This document shows positions 42,540 to 53,188 of a stretch of 64,000 nt of DNA, one piece after another (position 1 is the stretch's first letter; each line of letters opens with the position of its first letter). The notes under the pieces were generated by a model. It saw only the letters and a program-made list of their open reading frames with translations. It ran no database searches and was not told the DNA's origin. Position numbers and translations under genes: made by a program. Source of the stretch: Heterodontus francisci (lineage: Eukaryota); contig NW_027142006.1 of the NCBI RefSeq assembly GCF_036365525.1, positions 6,696,001 through 6,760,000 on the forward strand, in the 5' to 3' direction.

Positions 42540-44731
42540 TTACTTGGAGCTGGTGTACTTGGTCACCGCCTTTGTCCCTTCCGACACGGCGTGCTTGGCC
42601 AGCTCCCCGGGCAGCAGCAGGCGCACGGCGGTCTGGGTCTCCCGGGAGCTGATGGTTCTGCTCTTGTTGCAATGGGCCAGGCGGGAAGCCTCACACGCGA
42701 TGCGCCCGAAAATATCGTTCACAAACGAGTTCATGATGCTCATGGCCTTGGAGGAGATGCCGGTGTCGGGGTGAACCTGCTTCATCACTTTGTAGATGGA
42801 GATGGAGTAACTCTCCTTCCTCGACTTTCTCCGCCTCTTGCCGCCCTTTGCTGATGGTTTACTTAAGGTTTTCTTGGCGCCCTTCTTAGGAGCTGCTTTC
42901 TTCTTTCTTTTTTCCAAAATATACTTTATTCATAAAAATCTGTAAAAATTACATTGCCAAACAGTTTCCAAACAGCACCAAAAAATACAAACATTGCAAG
43001 GGAGATCAGTTTCCTTCAATACTGTCATGAGTTTCTTCCCAACCCTTCCGTTTCACAATTGTCATGTCAATTACAGTTTTACATTTACAGCAATTGAGAA
43101 TATTAACGATACAGTTCGAGGGGTTTCCCATTGATCCAGCTCCTCAGTCCAGCTTGGTGGGGGAACCTTACACTGTGGTCTTTCCCCATTGAGCCTTTGC
43201 TGCGGCTGCCCCAAGCTTTAGTGCGTCCCTCAGCACGTAGTCCTGGACCTTGGAATGTGCCAGTCTGCAACATTCGGTGGTGGACAACTCTTTGCGCTGG
43301 AAGACCAGCAAGTTTCGGGCAGACCAAAGGGCGTCTTTCACCGAATTGATAGTCCTCCAGCAGCAGATGATGTTTGTCTCGGTGTGCGTCCCTGGGAACA
43401 GCCCGCAGAGCACAGACTCCTGTGTTACAGAGGTGCTTGGGATGAACCTTGACAAAAACCACTGCATCTCTTTCCACACCTGCTTTGCAAAGGCACATTC
43501 CAGGAGGAGGTGGGCGACCGTCTCTTCCCCACCACAGTCAACGCGGGGGCACTCTGCGGAGGGGGCGAGACTTCGGGTGTGCATGAAGGATCTGACGGGG
43601 AGGGCCCTTCTCACCACCAGCCAAGCTACGTCTTGGTGCTTGTTTGAATGTTCTGGTGATGAGGCATTCCGCCAAATGACTTTGACGGTCTGCTCGGGGA
43701 ACCATCCGACAGGATCCACCGTTTCCTTTTCCCGTAGGGCCTTGAGGACATTCCGTGCAGACCACTGCCTGATGGACCGGTGGTCAAAGGTGTTTTTCCG
43801 CAGAAACTGCTCCACGAAGGATAGGTGGTACGGCGCCGCCCAACTGCATGGTGCGTTCCGCGGCAATGTGACCAGGCCCATCCTTCGCAACACCGGGGAC
43901 AGATAGAACCTCAGCACGTAGTGACACTTGGAGTTTGCGTACTGGGGATCTACACACAGCTTGATGCAGCCGCACACGAAGGTGGTCATCAGGATGAGGG
44001 CCACGTTGGGTACATTTTTCCCGCCCTTGTCCAGAGATTTGAACATCGTGTCCCTCCGGACCCGGTCCATTTTAGATCCCCAGACGAAGCGGAAAATGGC
44101 TCGGGTGACTGCCACGGCGCAGGAGTGGGGTATAGGCCAGACCTGCGCCATGTAGAGCAACAACGTGAGCGCCTCGCACCTGATGACCAGGTTCTTACCC
44201 ACAATGGAGAGAGATCGCTGCCCCCACATGCCCAACGTTTGTCGTACCTTGGCTACTCGCTCCTCCCATGTTTTGGTGCACGCCCCGGCCCTTCCGAACC
44301 ATATCCCCAGCACCTTCAGGTAATCTGACCTGACGGTGAAGGGGACAAAGGATCGGTCAGCCCAGTTGCCAAAGAACATGGCCTCGCTCTTGCCGTGGTT
44401 AACTTTGGCTCCCGAGGCCAGTTCGAACTGGTCGCAGATGCTCATTAGTCTGCGCACGGACAGCGGATCCGAGCAGAAAACGGCGACGTCATCCATGTAC
44501 AGGGAGGTTTTGACCTGAGTGCCTCCGCTGCCTGGGATTGTCACCCCTCTTATGCTCGCATCCTTCCTCATCGACTCAGCAAAGTGTTCAATACAGCAAA
44601 CAAACTAGACCGGGGACAGCGGACAGCCCTGTCTGACTCCAGATTTGATCGGGAAACTTTCAGATTCCCACCCGTTGATTGAGACTGCGCTACTGATGTT
44701 TGTGTAGAGCTTTCTTCTTCTCCTCAACCAT
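42540..44731 (-). pseudogene. H2B: Histone H2B split by Tx1: 5' piece 44731-44709 (ATG GTT GAG GAG AAG AAG AAA GC) and body 42905-42540
   Basis: Body is H2B with substitutions at conserved sites (YSISIY, IFGRIAC, AHCNKSR, SRETQ). Promoter and ATG lie beyond the insertion. Confidence 0.93.
42906..44708 (-). mobile_element. 5'-truncated L1/Tx1-clade retrotransposon inserted in the first codons of H2B
   Basis: Same family as 37938-39822 (about 20 aa differences over 467 by eye); 3'UTR and A-tail; TSD AAGAAGAAAGC (plus strand GCTTTCTTCTT at 42895-42905 and 44709-44719). Confidence 0.96.
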
Positions 44732-44779
44732 CTTCAGTTCCAATTTCAGACACAGAAATAAACCAAACCCCTTCCGAGT

Positions 44780-44945
44780 GCGGATTAAATAGACAATCCC
44801 ACAGCTCTATGCTATTGACGGATGGGGGAAAGTAAAGATTGTGATTGGGTGATTGGAAGTGATGTCACAAAGGTTTTATATTGTAATTCTCTAATTGGTG
44901 TCTTTCCCCATCCAATCAGATTAAAGATTTGCAACCAATCACAAA
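44780..44945 (-). promoter_or_regulatory. H2B promoter (inverted paralogue of 36489-36654)
   Basis: Reverse-complement match including the CCAAT boxes and TATTTAA. Confidence 0.78.
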
Positions 44946-45269
44946 CACCCTACCTGCAATCAGGAAGTATATTTCATAAAGACTCTCTCCAAACCCAGTT
45001 TATATTGAAAGAGCCGCTGCCCGTGTAAACCTCCCTGGAAATGTCCTGGCTGTTGTTGGGAGGACACTTATGTGTCCTTGTGTCTCTGCTATTGTAGGTG
45101 AGTGTGCAGTTAATTCAATTATTTTACTCTCTTCTTTTGTGTTTGAGAGTGTTCTGTCATTCGGTAGCTCTCAGTGTCTGGTGCTGTATGGATTCATTCT
45201 GTATCTCTCAGACTCTGGTACTGTGTGTGAGTTTGACATCCATTCTGTCTCTCAGTCTCTGGTAATGTG

Positions 45270-47490
45270 AGTGTGAGGAGATGAGGTGGAGTGTTGGGGC
45301 GAGGATGATAGAAAAGAGCATTGGTGTGGTGACACAGCCTTGCTTGAGCCCAGTTTATATTAGCATTGGTTCAGTGGTAGGGCTGTTGGGAAGGATTACA
45401 GCTTGCATGTCCTCATGCAGTCATCGGAGGATGGTGACGAATTTCTCCAGGCAGCCAAATTTGAGGAGGACGTTCCATAATCCCTCCCAGTTGGTCGAGT
45501 CGAAGGCCTTTGTCAGGACAGAGAAGGCCATTTATAAAGGTTGCTGCTGCTCCCTACATTTTCTTGAAGTTGTCTTGCTGTGAAGATTATGTTCACTGTG
45601 TCTGTTGATGGACAGAATCCACATTGTGATTCCAGTAGGACGTCTTCAGCCACGGGGAGGAGGCAGTTGAGAAGGACTCTTGTGATGACCTTCCCTGTGG
45701 TGGACAGCAGGGATACCCCTCTGTAGTTAACACAGTCTGTCTTGTCACCTTTTTTTGAAGATGATCACAATTACGGCATCTCAGAGATCCCCTGTCATGC
45801 TCTCTTCCTTCCAGATGAGAGAAATGAGACCATGTATTTGTGTCAAGAGTGCTTCTCTGCCGTATTTTAGAATTTCGGCGGGAATTCCATATACGCAAGC
45901 GGCCTTATGGATTTTTAGCTGTCAGTTTGCCTTTTCAGTCTCTGTCAGTCAGGAATTGTGCTGACAGCACGGTGGGTACCATGCATTGGAATGTAGTCAA
46001 GGACGGGGGCCCGTCATTTTACTTTTATTTTTGGTTCTTTTTTCTTTTTTACATATTTTACAATTTTCTTTCTTTTGTTCATTTCATTTCATTGTAGTTT
46101 GTTCAGTTTGCTTACCCACTGTTTGTTTTCATGTTTGTACTTGCTGCTGTTCAATCGTCAGTTCGTTAACACCCTATCTGTACTAATGCTTCGTCTTTCA
46201 ACACACCATGAACATATTGTTTGCCTTTGCTCCATGACCTCTTGGTCAGCTATGTGGCCTTGTCCAATCTGCTCCTTCTCCTTTGTTATCTCTTGCCCCA
46301 CCCCCGACTTACTTGCTTATAACCTTTGACATTTCTAATATTTGCCAGTTCCGAAGAAGGGTCACTGATCTGAAACGTTAACTCTGCTTCTCTTTCCACA
46401 GATGCTGCAAGACCTGCTGGGAAACGATTTAACATATGTTGCCTCCAGTCCAGATGCAAGGCTATTCCAACCTCTGTCATCGAGCTGCAGTATGCTGATG
46501 ACGCTGGCATATGCACACCCTCAGAGGCCAAGCTTCAAACCCTTATCGATGCATTCACAGAGGCATATGAAATAATTGGCCTTAATCTAAACCTCCAGAA
46601 GACAAAGGTCCTCTACCAACCTGCTCCCTGACACTGCCCCCCGACTATCAAGATCCACGGCGAACCACTGGACAATGTGGATCACTGTTCATACCTTGGG
46701 GGCCTCCTGTCACCAAGGACAGATATCGACAATGACACTCAGCATCACCTCCAGTGTGTCAGGGCAGATTTCAGTCATCTGAGGAAAAGAATGTTTGATG
46801 ACAAAGACCTCAAATCAGACACCAAGCTCTTGGTTGACATGGCTGCAGTGTTACCTGCCCTCCTGTATGTGTCAGAAACATAGATACTGTACAGCAGACA
46901 TCCCAAAACCCTGGAGAGATATCACCAGTGGTGCCTCCGCAAGATCCTGCAAATTCAGTTGCAGGACAGGCGCTCCAATATCAGTGTCCTCTCTCAGGCC
47001 AACATCCTCAGTAACCAGACACTGGTCATGGTGAGTCAGTTATGTTGGGCAGGCTACATTATCCGCATGCCCGACACCAGAGTCCCAAAACAAGCTTTCT
47101 ACTCTGAGCTCCGTCAGGGCAAGAGGCTACTAGGAGGGCAGAGCAAACGTTACAAGAATTTCCTTTCAACACTCCCTGAAAAAACGTGACATCTGCACTG
47201 ATTCATGGGCATCTCTTGCCTGAGACCACCCAAAATGGAGAAGAAGCATCCACGAAGGTGCCAGCCAGTTCAAAATTCGTCGACATGCCCAGTAAGCAAC
47301 CAAATGCAAACAGTGGAAGGAGTACTTGGAAATTGGAGAATCCCATTATCCCAACTCACCAAGCACCATCTGCCCCACCTGTGGCCGAGTGTCTGGATCC
47401 AGAATTGGACTATTCAGTTACCTAAGAACCCACAACCCTGGAGTGGAAGGAAGTCATCCTCCTTACCGAGGGATTGCCTAAGAAGAAGTT
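45270..47490. mobile_element. RTE-clade LINE with inverted 5' segment (45270-45960 minus; 46415-47490 plus)
   Basis: Minus part: FKKGDK..C.NY.GISLLS to GLKQGCV. Plus part: LQYADDA, YLG.LLS, L.W.G.I.RMPD.R.PKQ and an (AAG)n tail. Confidence 0.8.
46130..46418 (+). mobile_element. Penelope-like terminal fragment with a minimal hammerhead-like motif at 46347-46383
   Basis: AGTT-CCGAAGA-AGGGTCACTGATCT-GAAAC-GTT-AACT followed by CTGCTTCTCTTTCCACAGATGCTGC.AGACCTGCTG. Confidence 0.7.
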
Positions 47491-50400
47491 TAGTGTGACA
47501 TCCATTCTGCATCTGTCAGTCTCTGGTATTGAGTATGAGTGTGGGATTCATTCATTATCTGTCGGTATCTGGTACTGTGTTTGAGTGCAGTTTTCAGGCT
47601 GTATCTATTGGTATCTTGTGTGTGAGTTTTGTATTCATCTGTATCTTTTAGCCTCTAACACATTATTTGAGTTTTGCAGTTATTCTGAACTGACCCTTGG
47701 TAATGTATGTGTGTTTGAGGTTGTTGGTTTACCTGTTAATCTGTTGTACTGTACATGAGTGTGAGATTCATTCTGTATAACTCTATCTCTGTTCCTGTTA
47801 TGTGTGTGTGATTCATTCTGTATGCTCCATCGCTGGTATCACATATGTGTGTGTTATCAATTCCATTTCTGTTATTTCTGGTACTGCATGTGAGTGTTTA
47901 TTTCATTCTGTAACGATCAGTCTCTGGCACTGTCTGCACGTTCTGGATCCATTTTGTAACGATCAGTCTCTCGCAGAGTGTGGATGTGGAATTAATTTTG
48001 TATCTCTCCATCTCTAGTGTCATGTGTAAATTTGGAATTCTTTCTGAATTGGTCATTGGCACTGGATCTGCCATTCTCTAGTACAGTTTGTGAATTTGGG
48101 ATTCATTCTGTACCTGTCACTCACTAGTACTTTGTGAAAGTGAACGATACATTCTGTATCTGCCAGCCTCCGGTAGTGTGTGTGATTGTGGGATGAATTA
48201 ATTAGCAGTCAGTGGTGCTCTATGTGAATGTGGAAATCATTCTGTAACTCAGTCTGATATTGTTCTGTGAGGGTGGGAATCACATGTATCTTTCAATTCC
48301 TGATGCTGTATGTGAGCATGGGATTCATTCTGTCCCTGTCGGTGGCACTGTATATAGCTGTGGGATTAATTCTGTACCTTTCAGTCTCTGGTATTTTGTA
48401 CGAAAGTGGGATTAATTCTAGATCCGCCACACACTGGTTGAGTGTGTGTGTGTAAGAAGATAATAAGAGACAAAATAGGAACAGGAGAAGGCCATTTGGC
48501 CCATCGAGCCTGCTGCGCCATTCAGTAAGATCATAGCTGTTCTGATTGTGGCCTTAATTCCACTTTCCTGCCTGCGCCCATGACCATTGACTCCCTTGTA
48601 GGTCAAAAATCTATCTATCACAGCCTTGAATATATTCAATGACCCAGCCTCCACAATCCTCTGGAGAGCAGAATTCCAAAGATGAACAACCCTCTGAGAG
48701 AAGAAATTCCTCCTCATCTCCTTCTTGAATGGGAGACCACTTATCTTGAAACTGTGGCCCTTAATTCTACATTCCCCACAAGGAGAAACATCCTCTCAGC
48801 ATCTACCTGTCCAGCAACTGAGAATCTTATAGGTTTCAAAAAGATCACCTCTCAATCTTCTAAACTCCAGTGAGTTTTGGCCCAACCTGCTCAACCTTTT
48901 CACATAAGATGGCACAGTAGCGGCGCAGTGGCCCAACCTGCTCAACCTTTTCACATAAGACGGCACAGCGGCATATAGGGCGGCACAGTGGTGCAGTGGT
49001 TAGCACCGCAGCCTCACAGTTCCAGGGACCAGGGTTCAATTCTGGGTACTGCCTGTGTGGAGTTTGCAAGTTCTCCCTGTGTCTGCGTGGGTTTCCTCCC
49101 ACATGCCAAAGACTTGCAGGTTGATAGGTAAATTGGCCGTTAAAAATTGCCCCTAGTATAGGTATGTGGTAGGGAAATATAGGGACAGGTGGGGATGTGG
49201 TAGGAATATGGAATTAGTGTAGGATTAGTATGGATGGGTGGTTGATGGTCGGCACAGACTCGGTGGGCCGAAGGGCCTGTTTCAGTGCTGTATCTCTAAA
49301 CTAAACTAAAAATGTCACTCAGCATCACCTCCAGTGTGTCAGCACAGCCTTGAGTTGTCTGAGGAAAAGAATGTTTGATGAAAAAGACCTCAAATCAGAC
49401 ACAAACTCATGGTTGACATGGCTGCAGTGTTACCTGCCCTCCTGTATGTGTCGGAAACATCAACACTGTTCAGCAGACATCTCAAAACCCCGGAGAGATA
49501 TCACCAGCGGTGCTTCCGCAAGATCCTGCAAATTCAGTGGCAGGACAGGCGCTTCCAATATCAGTGTCCTCTCTCAGGCCAACAACCCCAGTATCGAGAC
49601 ACTGTTCATGGCTAGTCAGTTATGTTGGGTGGGCCACATTATCCGCATGCCTGACACCAGACTTCCAAATCAAGCTTTTTACTCTGAGGTCCGTCAGGGC
49701 AAGAGACTACCAGGAGGGCAGAGGAAACGTTACAAGAATTTCCTTAAAGACTCCCTGAAAAATAAGTAACATCTCCACTGATTCGTGGGCATCTCTTACC
49801 TGAGACCACCCAAAATGGTGCAGAAGCAACCGTGAAGGTGCCAGCCAGTTTGAACAACGTCGGCATGCCCAGGTAGCAACCAAACGCAAACAGTGGGAGG
49901 AGTATTTGGAAATTCAAGTATCCCATTCATCCACCTCACCAAACACCATCTGCCCCACCTGTAGCCGAGTGTGTGGATCAAGAATTGGACTATTCAGTTA
50001 CTTAAGGACACACAGCCCTGTAGTGGAAGAAAGTCATCCTTGTTCCCAAGGGACTGCCTAAGAAGAAGTTTGAGTGTGACATCCATTCTGCATCTGTCAG
50101 TCTCTGGAATTATGTGCGAGTGTGGGATTCATTCTGTATCTGTTGGTCTCCAGTACTGTGTTTGAGTGTGGCTTTCAGGCTGTATCTTGTGTTTGAGCTT
50201 TGTATTCATCTGTATCTTTCAGCCTCTAACACATTAATTGAGTTTGTTAGTCATTCTGAACTGACCCTTGGTAATGTATGTGTGTTTGAGGTTGATATTT
50301 TACCTGTTAATCTGTTGTACTGTACATGAGTGTGAGATTCATACTGTATAACTCTATCTCTGTTCCAGAATGTGATTCATTCTGTATGCTCCATCGCTGG

Positions 50401-51465
50401 TATCACATATGTGTGTGTTATCAATTCCATTTCAGTCATCTCTGGTACTGTATGAGAGTGTTTAATTCATTCTGTAATTGTCAGTCTCAGGCACTGTCTG
50501 CAAGTTCTGGATCCACTTTGTAACTATCAGTCTCTCGCGGAGTGTGAATGTGGAATTAATTTTGTAACGGTCCATCTCGAATTTCATGTGTAAATTTGGG
50601 ATTAATTCTGAATTGTCATTGGTACTGTATCTGTCATTCTCTCGGACAGTTTATGAATTTGGGATTCATTCTGTACCTGTCACTCAATTTGTGAAAGTGT
50701 GAGATAGATTCTGTATCTGTCAGCCTCTGTAATGTGTGTGATTGTGGGATGAATTAATTAGCCGTCAGTGGTGCACTATGTGAATGTGGAAATCATTCTG
50801 TAACTCAGTCTGATATTGTCCTGTGAGGGTGGGAATCACATGTATTTTTCAATCCCTGTTGCTGTGTGTGAGCATGGGATTCATTCTGCACCTGTCAGTG
50901 GTACTGCGTGCATCTGTGGGATTAATTCTATACCTTTCAGTCACTGCAATTGTGGATGAAAGTGGGATTCATTCTCGGTCCACCACACACTGGTTGAATG
51001 TGTGTGTGCAAGAAGATAAGAAGATACAAAATAGGAGCAGGGGAAGACCATTTGGCCCATCGAGCCTGCTCCGCCATTCAATAAGTTCATAGCTGTTCTG
51101 ATTGTGGCCTAAATTCCACTTTCCTGCCTGCGCCCAGAACCATTGACTCCCTTGTAGATCAAAAATCTGTCTGTCACAGCCTTGAATATATTCAATGACC
51201 CAGCCTCCACAGTCCTCTGGGGAACAGAATTCCAAAGATGAACAACCCTCTGAGAGAAGAAAATCCTCCTCATCTCCTTCTTGAATGGGAGACCACTTAT
51301 CTTGAAACTGTGGTCCCTAATTCTACTTTTCCCCACAAGTAGAAATATCTTCTCAGCATCTCCCCGGCCAGCAACTGAGAATCTTGTAGGTTTCCAGAAG
51401 ATCAACTCTCAATGTTCTAAACTCCAGTGAGTATAGGCCCAACTTGCTCAACTTTTTCTCATATG
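46731..51465. repeat. Older local duplication: 46731-48910 versus 49311-51465 (RTE 3' half, minisatellite, CR1 3' end), separated by a SINE
   Basis: Colinear match starting AATG.CACTCAGCATCACCTCCAGTGTGTC; roughly 90% identical by eye. Confidence 0.88.
48978..49310 (+). mobile_element. V-SINE (HE1-like)
   Basis: Head, V-domain with a short deletion, and a (CTAAA)n tail. Confidence 0.92.
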
Positions 51466-52100
51466 ACAATCCAACATCCCAGGAATCAGCCTAGTGAACC
51501 TTCTCTGAACTGATTCCAATGCAAGTATATCCCTCCTTAAGTAAGGAGACCAAAACTGTGTGGAGTTGGGATGTCACTAATGTCCTGTAAAGTTATAGCA
51601 AAACTTCTTTACTTTGATACTCCATTCCCCTTGCTAAAAATACCAACATTCCATTTGCCTTCCTAATTACTTGCTATACCTTCATGCTAACTTTTTTGTA
51701 ATTCATGTACCTGGACACCCAGATTCCTTGGTACAGCAGCATTCTGCAGTCTGTCACTGTGCAAATAATATTCTGTTTTTCTATTCTACCTGCCTAAGTA
51801 GACAATCTCACATTTTCCCATATTATACTCCATCTGCCAAACGTTTGCCCACTGACTTAACCTATCTATATCTCTTTGCAGACACATTGTGTCCTCCTCA
51901 CAACTTGCTTTCCTACCTATCTTTGTACCATCCATAAATTTGGCAACAGTACACTCAGTCCCTTCATGCAAGTTATTAATATAGATCATAAATAGTTGAG
52001 GCCCCAGCACTGTACCTGTGGCACTCCATTAGTTACAGTTTGCCAATCTGAAAATGCCCCATTTATCCCCACTCTGTTTTCTGTGAGTTAGCCAATCCTA
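51010..52100 (-). mobile_element. Old CR1 3' fragment, inverted paralogue of 9520-10610
   Basis: LGPQLFMIYINNL, KFMDGTKIG and FFSQRVVHLWNS. Confidence 0.82.
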
Positions 52101-52852
52101 TATCCATGTGCGTGTAGTTTTCAGTTTGTATCTGTCAGTGCCTGGTACTCTATGTGAGTTTTGGACTCTTTCTCAATGTCTCAGTGCTACTATTTGTGTG
52201 TTAGATTGCTTTAGATGACTCAGGCTGCGATACTGTGAGGGAGTGCAGCAATCAACCTATACCTTTCAGCATCTGGCACTGAGCATGTGTATCAGAATCA
52301 CTCTGTATCTGTCAGTATCTGGTACTCTGTGTGAGTGTGGGCTTCATGATATAACCTTCCGTCCCTGGGACTGTTTGCAAGTCTGGATTCATTCTACATA
52401 AAATGTCAGCAATGCAACAGGCCACAGATGTGATAGGTTTTAAGCAGACAGTATGTTTGAGGTTTTACCTGATATTAAATATCTGTCACTGTAAACACAA
52501 TAGTGAAAAATAATGTATCCTTCAATCTGATACAGGATTGGTGTGCAAGTGTAACTCAGGCTGTACGAATCAATTTGATCAGTGCCATTCAGTCTGAGGG
52601 AGAATCTTGGACTTGCATGTAAAATGAACTCAGTCTGGAATTGTACAGTATCTTCCAACTGACACAGTATGAGGTTTTAGGACTGGTATGTTATTTATAG
52701 CTCAGACTACACAAATCAAATTTATATTGTAACTTTTATTTTCATAATCCAGATGAGTTTTAATGTATATGTCTGGACACATTATGGCAATTATTACTCA
52801 TAAACTCAGAACGTGTTGGGCTGGTATTTAACTTGAATCTCAGAGTATATTT

Positions 52853-53188
52853 TTATATTATTTAGAGATACAGCATTGAAACAGGCCCTTCGGCCCACTG
52901 AGTCTGTGCCAACCAACAACCACCCATTTATCCTAATCCTACATTAATCCCATATTCTCTACCACATCCCCACCATTCTCCTACCACCTACCTACACTGG
53001 GGGCAATTTACAATGGCCAATTAATCTATCAACCTGCAAGTCTTTGGAGGTGGGAGGAAACCGGAGCAGCCGGCGGAAACCCACGCAGATACAGGGAGAA
53101 CTCGCAAACTCCACACAGGCAGTACCCAGAACTGAACCCGGGGGTCGCTGGAACTGTGAGGCTGCGGTGATAACCACTGTGCCGCCCA
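52853..53188 (-). mobile_element. V-SINE (HE1-like)
   Basis: Reverse-complement head GGGCGGCACAGTGGTTA, V-domain and tail. Confidence 0.88.
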
